A stretch of DNA of 64,000 nt. Origin: Minisyncoccota bacterium (GTDB lineage: Bacteria > Patescibacteriota > Minisyncoccia > Phycocordibacterales > UBA9973). The DNA is taken from NCBI GenBank assembly GCA_041666225.1, contig JBAYHJ010000005.1, positions 2,320-66,319 on the forward strand, given 5' to 3'. Below are positions 59,041 through 64,000 of the stretch, piece after piece. Under the pieces are notes generated by a model. It did no database searches, was not told the origin of the DNA, and saw only the letters and a program-made list of their open reading frames with translations. The position numbers were made by a program, and so were the translations under genes. Each line of letters opens with the position of its first letter. The stretch's first letter is position 1.

Positions 59041-59724
59041 ATGAACCCACTTAAAACAAATGGCTTAATAATTCAAAATTTTCCACAAAAGGAGTATGAG
59101 GCCATTCATTCAATTTTAAGTAGTAAGTATGCAGAAAGAAAAGAATATGAGCATTTTGCAGGAGCTTGGAATGCTGTGGCGTACAGATATAAAGCTGCTG
59201 TTGATCACGGACAAGATTTCATTGAATTATTCAAATTACATGGAACAGCACCACAACCAGAAAAAAGATATCTACAAGAAAAAGCTCTTTTTGATCACTT
59301 CAGCTCTTGCTTTTCTGTTTTTGAATCAATATGCTATGGATTTTTTGCTATAGGGTCTATTATTAAACCAGAATATTTTTCTATTATTGATCCAGTAGAT
59401 CAACGAAAAATATCCCCAGAGACAACTAAGAGAATCTTTCAAGGTGCATTTCCAGATGAGCAAATTACTAAAACGTTAATAGAGTTAACTTCTGATCCAG
59501 AATTTGAAAATATTAGGAATACTAGAAATATTCTTACTCACAGAACAGCACCAGGAAGAAAGATTTATCTTAATATAGGAAAGGATGAATCACCGCCAAC
59601 TGAATGGAAATTGAATAATAAACCCTTAGATGAATTTATAGTTAAATCAAACGAAGAAAATATGAAAAGACTTTTAAATAATTTATTAAATACAGGTGAA
59701 GAATTTTGTAAATCATATCTATAA
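59041..59724 (+). CDS. Hypothetical protein with HEPN-like Rx4H motif, directly downstream of hsdS
   Basis: All-alpha composition; NIRNTRNILTHR contains R-x4-H; 6 nt after the hsdS stop. Confidence 0.4.
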   Translation: MNPLKTNGLIIQNFPQKEYEAIHSILSSKYAERKEYEHFAGAWNAVAYRYKAAVDHGQDFIELFKLHGTAPQPEKRYLQEKALFDHFSSCFSVFESICYGFFAIGSIIKPEYFSIIDPVDQRKISPETTKRIFQGAFPDEQITKTLIELTSDPEFENIRNTRNILTHRTAPGRKIYLNIGKDESPPTEWKLNNKPLDEFIVKSNEENMKRLLNNLLNTGEEFCKSYL

Positions 59725-59728
59725 TTAT

Positions 59729-60691
59729 ATGGCACATAAAAATATTATAAAAATACCAAATAAGATAAAAGAGCAATTAGAAACATTTAGTCAGGATGAT
59801 GTTGTTGTAGCTTGTGTAAAATATATTCCTAATGAAGAAATTAATAAATATAAACACTTAAACATACAATACATTAATGGAGAACTTATTGTTCCTCCTT
59901 CAGATACCCCAGATCCTAATGCTGGAAAATTCTCTCGTGCTAATTTAGAGGGATTTGAAAAGAAAAGAACAGATTTACCAAAAATTTCAAAAGATTTTAG
60001 TTTTGATGCTCCCAATTGGGGTGGGTATGGGACTCATGAGGTTTCTCACACACGAGAAGTATTTCAAAAAGATTTTTATCCACCAAAAGAAGTTGAACTA
60101 AAAATTGAACAAGTAGAAAAAAGAGAGAATGGTTTTAAAATTAAATTTTCCATAGAACAAGTAATCAATCGTCGTACTCCAAATTTTGAGAAAGAACTGC
60201 TTTATAACCTAAATTTATTACAAGAAAATGTTGGGATGATAGATGTATTTCCAAGTATTGCTACCCTAGCAGATTATGCAAAGACCGTTTATATAGATTG
60301 GGAAATATTACCACCTGGAACTGTTGATGAAATCATAGAAGCTTTATTAAAAAATCAAAGAACAGGAAGTATTACACCTGATCAGATAAAAATAACGAGA
60401 GAAAGAATAGCTGTTATGGCAAAATTGAAACCTACTGTATATATAAAAGGTATGACTGGTTTTTTAAGGTATTTTGGTGCAAAGTTTGGAGAGGATTTTG
60501 TTGTTTTTGAAAATATAAAATATGGAAATGCTTTATATATAATGTATGATTCTTGGGAGAAGTTAAGTAAGAAGAGTAGAACAGAGTTATTAAGTGGACC
60601 AAGAGAAGGATTTGATCGTATAGAACATAAAAATGGATGGGAAAATAATTTAGCAAAATTTGTTAGAGAATATAGGTATAAAAATAAATAG
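59729..60691 (+). CDS. Hypothetical protein, 321 aa (start at ATG 59729)
   Basis: Clean ORF starting 5 nt after the preceding stop; no motif. Confidence 0.4.
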   Translation: MAHKNIIKIPNKIKEQLETFSQDDVVVACVKYIPNEEINKYKHLNIQYINGELIVPPSDTPDPNAGKFSRANLEGFEKKRTDLPKISKDFSFDAPNWGGYGTHEVSHTREVFQKDFYPPKEVELKIEQVEKRENGFKIKFSIEQVINRRTPNFEKELLYNLNLLQENVGMIDVFPSIATLADYAKTVYIDWEILPPGTVDEIIEALLKNQRTGSITPDQIKITRERIAVMAKLKPTVYIKGMTGFLRYFGAKFGEDFVVFENIKYGNALYIMYDSWEKLSKKSRTELLSGPREGFDRIEHKNGWENNLAKFVREYRYKNK

Positions 60692-60698
60692 TAATTAG

Positions 60699-61448
60699 AT
60701 GTCTGAATTTTATAATCCAAATAGAACAAGAAATATATATGACCCTAAAAGCAAGGAGCCTTTTAAACTATCTCGTTCAAAGATAGAGAACTTTATGCAT
60801 TGTAAAAAATGCTTTTACTTGGACCGTAGATTAGGAATTGGACAACCACCAGGATATCCTTTTAATTTAAACACCGCTGTGGATACCTTGCTTAAGAAAG
60901 AATTTGATATACATAGAGCCAAACACAAGACACATCCTCTAATGAAGGCGTATGGACTCAATGAGGTGCCTTTTAGTCATGAAATGATAGATGAATGGAG
61001 GGAGAATTTTAAAGGAGTGCAGTATCTTCACAAGCCTACTAATTTTATCGTTACTGGAGCAGTGGATGATTTATGGCAAGATGAAAATGGAGAAATTATT
61101 GTAGCAGACTATAAAGCTACAAGCAAAACTTCGCAGGTTACACTTGATGCTGATTGGCAGGATGGATACAAAAGACAAATGGAAATATATCAATGGCTAC
61201 TTCGTCACAATGGATTAAAAGTTTCAAATACTGGTTACTTTGTATATTGTAATGGAAAGACTGATAGAGAAGCATTTGATGGAAAGCTAGAATTTGATAT
61301 TGATCTATTGCCATACACAGGAGATGATTCATGGGTGGAAGGAACACTTAATGAGATTAAAGAATGCCTTGATGGACCTATGCCAGAGCCAGATTCTGAA
61401 TGTGATTTGTGTAATTATAGGAAAGCAGTTAGTGAAGTTGAAAAATAA
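60699..61448 (+). CDS. Cas4-like / RecB-family PD-(D/E)XK nuclease with Cys cluster (no CRISPR array nearby)
   Basis: N-terminal CKKCFYL, GAVDDL (motif II), EIIVADYKATSK (E-x-K with DYK), QMEIYQW (QxxxY), C-terminal CLDG...ECDLCNY. Confidence 0.6.
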   Translation: MSEFYNPNRTRNIYDPKSKEPFKLSRSKIENFMHCKKCFYLDRRLGIGQPPGYPFNLNTAVDTLLKKEFDIHRAKHKTHPLMKAYGLNEVPFSHEMIDEWRENFKGVQYLHKPTNFIVTGAVDDLWQDENGEIIVADYKATSKTSQVTLDADWQDGYKRQMEIYQWLLRHNGLKVSNTGYFVYCNGKTDREAFDGKLEFDIDLLPYTGDDSWVEGTLNEIKECLDGPMPEPDSECDLCNYRKAVSEVEK

Positions 61449-61452
61449 AATT

Positions 61453-61683
61453 ATGCATATCCCAGATGAAAAATTCGTTAGATTTAAAGAAATCTTTAAA
61501 GAAGAATTTGGAGAGGATGAATTTAATAAAATGACTAATAAACAATTATTTGAAAGTGCAACAAAACTTATAACTTTAATGGAGGCTGTTTACAAACATC
61601 AAAATTCTCATAATAATAAGGAAAGGATAGATAAAGCTTTTGATGTTTTATTTGATGAAACATTAAAAAATTATCGTAAATAA
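61453..61683 (+). CDS. Small hypothetical protein, 76 aa
   Basis: ATG 61453 five nt after the nuclease stop; helical; no motif. Confidence 0.35.
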   Translation: MHIPDEKFVRFKEIFKEEFGEDEFNKMTNKQLFESATKLITLMEAVYKHQNSHNNKERIDKAFDVLFDETLKNYRK

Positions 61684-61735
61684 TATCACTAAATTAATGA
61701 TTTATTAAAATGTATTTAAGTGATACAATACCAAT

Positions 61736-62839
61736 ATGTCAATTCGAGACAGTATAGGGTCATATAAAATTCAAAATCTTGGTGGCACAAGAGCCAGTAA
61801 AGGTTTCTCATATCAAAATCATTGGGCGATTAAGAAAATTATAGAATTACATACCTCCGAAAAAGATTATGTTGTTTTATTTGAAGTATATGATGATGTA
61901 AGTGTTCTTGATAGTGAATCAAATCCTAGTAAAATTGATATTTATCAAGTTAAAAGTACCCAAAACCAAACCCCTGTAACTCTTTCAAAATTATGTCAAA
62001 AAACTAAACAAGAAAAATCAATTTTAGCAAAATTATTTTTAACTAAGGTGCAATTGCCAAAAGAATTAAATAACATTGTTGAAAAAATGTTTATTGTATC
62101 AAACTCATCTTATCAATGCAAAACTAAATTTCATTCATCTACTAGCTCTGAAATATCAGTAGGAGATCATTATAGATCTGAGTTAAAAAGTAAAAAAATT
62201 GATGAACTATCAAAGCAATCTGGAATACAAAATTTAGAAATACAGAAATTATTAAATATTACATTTTTAATAAAATCTCCTATATCTTTTGATGAACCAT
62301 ATAGACAAATAAGAGATATGCTCCAAGACTTTTTTAAGACAAAATTTAAAGAATTTTTTGATGTTACACCTTTTTATAATCAGTTATTGGTTGAAATTGA
62401 GAATAGATGTGAATCAGAGAAAATTGATGGATACGATGAAACAATAAAAAGTAAAGCTATTACAAAAAAATGGTTAGATGGTATACTAAAAGAAATAACT
62501 CCTGATCTTAAACAACAATTAAGAATGATAGAACAGGAATTAAGTAAAGAGGGTTGGGGTCCAGAAAAGATCATTAAACTAGGAGAAGGGTGGCGGCAAA
62601 TGGAAATAGATAATTTTAGCGATAAGGAATATTTTAATGGTAAACTAATAACAGTGTTAGATACTTTGATTGTAAAATTTAATTTAAATTATAAAAAATA
62701 TAGTGATATCACCGATATTATTTTAAAAGAACTAAAAGATAATTATTATGATATTATTGAAAATAGAGAAGATTATTATATAAAAGCATTAATATTATGG
62801 AGAACCTTAGATCATCGCATAAAAACCTTAGAAAATTAG
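61736..62839 (+). CDS. Protein with N-terminal Cap4/DUF4297-like nuclease domain (Lamassu LmuA-like effector candidate)
   Basis: KGFSYQNHWAIKKIIEL, DYVVLFEVYDDVSVLD and IDIYQVKST resemble the GFxYQ ... D ... QxK signature. Confidence 0.45.
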   Translation: MSIRDSIGSYKIQNLGGTRASKGFSYQNHWAIKKIIELHTSEKDYVVLFEVYDDVSVLDSESNPSKIDIYQVKSTQNQTPVTLSKLCQKTKQEKSILAKLFLTKVQLPKELNNIVEKMFIVSNSSYQCKTKFHSSTSSEISVGDHYRSELKSKKIDELSKQSGIQNLEIQKLLNITFLIKSPISFDEPYRQIRDMLQDFFKTKFKEFFDVTPFYNQLLVEIENRCESEKIDGYDETIKSKAITKKWLDGILKEITPDLKQQLRMIEQELSKEGWGPEKIIKLGEGWRQMEIDNFSDKEYFNGKLITVLDTLIVKFNLNYKKYSDITDIILKELKDNYYDIIENREDYYIKALILWRTLDHRIKTLEN

Positions 62840-62863
62840 TAAAAAGTTTAAGTAAAAAAGAAC

Positions 62864-64000
62864 ATGAAAAAATTCGTATTGGAAGAAATAAAACTAATAT
62901 CACAGAAAGAACAAAGAGCAAATAATTTTATCTTTGATAAAGGATTTAATGTTATAACTGGGCAGAATGGTGTTGGGAAGTCTCATTTGATAAAAAGTAT
63001 TCCGTGGGCTTTTGGGGCTGAACCATCAACTTTACATCCCAATTGGATAAAAGCTGATATAAGTGTTATTGTTAAATTTTCAATTAATAAAGTGCGTTAT
63101 AAAATATTAAGGACAAATAAAACTTTCTTAGTTTTTGATGATGAAAATAATTTAATTAATCAATCTGTTAGTAGTATAACTAAAGAATTATCTCCTTTTT
63201 TATCAGAATTATTTGATTTTGATTTGAAGCTTCCATTAAAGGAAGGAGAGAAAAAATTAACACAGCTTACACCAGCCTACTATTTTTCACCTTTTTATGT
63301 TGATCAAGATAGTGGCTGGACAAATTTATGGCAAAGTTTTAAGAATCTTCAAATGTTTTCGAACTGGAGAAGACCGTTGCTTGATACTTTTACAAATATT
63401 TTATCTTTAGAACTACAAAAAACAAAAAACAGTATTAGTGAGGAGAAAATGAGATTAAAAGAGTTCGAGAATAGGCAAGATTTATTTAATAAGACCTTTG
63501 AAAACACCGAAGAGGAAATTGTTAATTTAAATTTTAATATTAATTTTGATAATTATAAAAAAGAAATTGATGAATTAATAATAAAACTAGATGGTTTGCA
63601 AAAAAAAGAATTTGAATATAAAGAATCAATAAGAAATTTGTCAAACAAAAAGGTTATTCTCGAAAATCAAGTTAATATAGTTGAATCGTCTATAAACTCT
63701 TTAAACAAAGAACACAATTTAATTAATAAAATAAAAGATCATATATTAGAATGTCCCACCTGTGGTGCTGAGTATGAAAATTCTTTTATTGATAAGTTCA
63801 ACATAGCTCAAGATTTATATACTGCACAAGAATTATTGGTTGATTTAAGAGAGGACCTTAATAAAATTAATAATAATATATTGGAAATTAAAAATATAGA
63901 TATTGATAATTCAAAAGAAATAAATAAATTAAATGATATTTTAAATAAAAAAAATCATAAAGTAACTATAAATGAAATAATTAAGAAGGAAGGAGAAAAA
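62864..64000 (+). CDS. P-loop SMC/Rad50-like ATPase with coiled coil and CPTC zinc-hook-like motif; 3' end beyond window (LmuB-like candidate)
   Basis: Walker A GQNGVGKS near N-terminus, long heptad region, CPTCGAEY in mid coiled coil; no stop before 64000. Confidence 0.6.
   Translation, partial: MKKFVLEEIKLISQKEQRANNFIFDKGFNVITGQNGVGKSHLIKSIPWAFGAEPSTLHPNWIKADISVIVKFSINKVRYKILRTNKTFLVFDDENNLINQSVSSITKELSPFLSELFDFDLKLPLKEGEKKLTQLTPAYYFSPFYVDQDSGWTNLWQSFKNLQMFSNWRRPLLDTFTNILSLELQKTKNSISEEKMRLKEFENRQDLFNKTFENTEEEIVNLNFNINFDNYKKEIDELIIKLDGLQKKEFEYKESIRNLSNKKVILENQVNIVESSINSLNKEHNLINKIKDHILECPTCGAEYENSFIDKFNIAQDLYTAQELLVDLREDLNKINNNILEIKNIDIDNSKEINKLNDILNKKNHKVTINEIIKKEGEK

Noticed and set aside
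60699-61448. Cas4-like nuclease as evidence of a CRISPR-Cas locus
   Set aside because: No direct-repeat/spacer array and no cas1/cas2-like ORFs anywhere in the window. Standalone Cas4-family nucleases are common in defence islands and phages.
1-64000. Scan for rRNA, RNase P, tmRNA and SRP RNA
   Set aside because: No rRNA-like conserved stretches were seen, and no recognisable RNase P / SRP / tmRNA signature strings in the longer spacers. Only the two tRNA(-like) genes are reported.

Overview
This is an AT-rich window (roughly 30% GC by eye) with short intergenic spacers and compact gene packing. By inference it comes from a small-genome bacterium, CPR/Patescibacteria-like.

From 1 to about 37.4 kb the window is syntenic housekeeping, mostly on the + strand. 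In order: dnaJ (3' part); a polyamine cluster (speA-like arginine decarboxylase, deoxyhypusine-synthase-like, aguB, aguA, an EamA transporter); a SET-domain protein next to a sensor kinase; trpB, cysS, rplU, recR, dnaB and trpS; aspS, a HIT protein, scpA and scpB; a cell-wall block (mraY, ftsW, murG); gltX; an M23 peptidase; tRNA-Leu(TAA); gatB; an SDR; then a glycolysis/pentose-phosphate block (gap, dapF, rpiB, rpe, split transketolase, PfkB kinase, class II fba).

From about 37.4 kb to the end the window is accessory/mobile DNA:
- a duplicated about 120-bp intergenic unit, one copy split by an intact IS30-family element
- a Y1/HUH (RAYT-like) transposase flanked by inverted doublets of an 11-mer
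- a NYN-domain gene, rplY, a lytic transglycosylase, rpmE and prfA
- a second IS30-family element whose transposase is frameshifted at an A7 run
- an RRM RNA-binding protein
- a tRNA-Ile(GAT)-like sequence with an aberrant 3' half, abutting a tyrosine integrase

From that integrase to the window end is an apparent integrative island. It carries a PrimPol/SF3-helicase replication module; a PD-(D/E)XK (DUF4268-like) gene plus a complete type I R-M system (hsdR-hsdM-hsdS); a HEPN-like gene directly after hsdS; an unknown gene, a Cas4-like Fe-S nuclease and a small ORF; and a Cap4/DUF4297-like nuclease-domain protein followed by a P-loop SMC/Rad50-like ATPase with a CPTC zinc-hook-like motif (Lamassu-like), which runs off the window.

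No rRNA and no CRISPR array were seen. All calls rest on motif recognition by eye; no searches were run.
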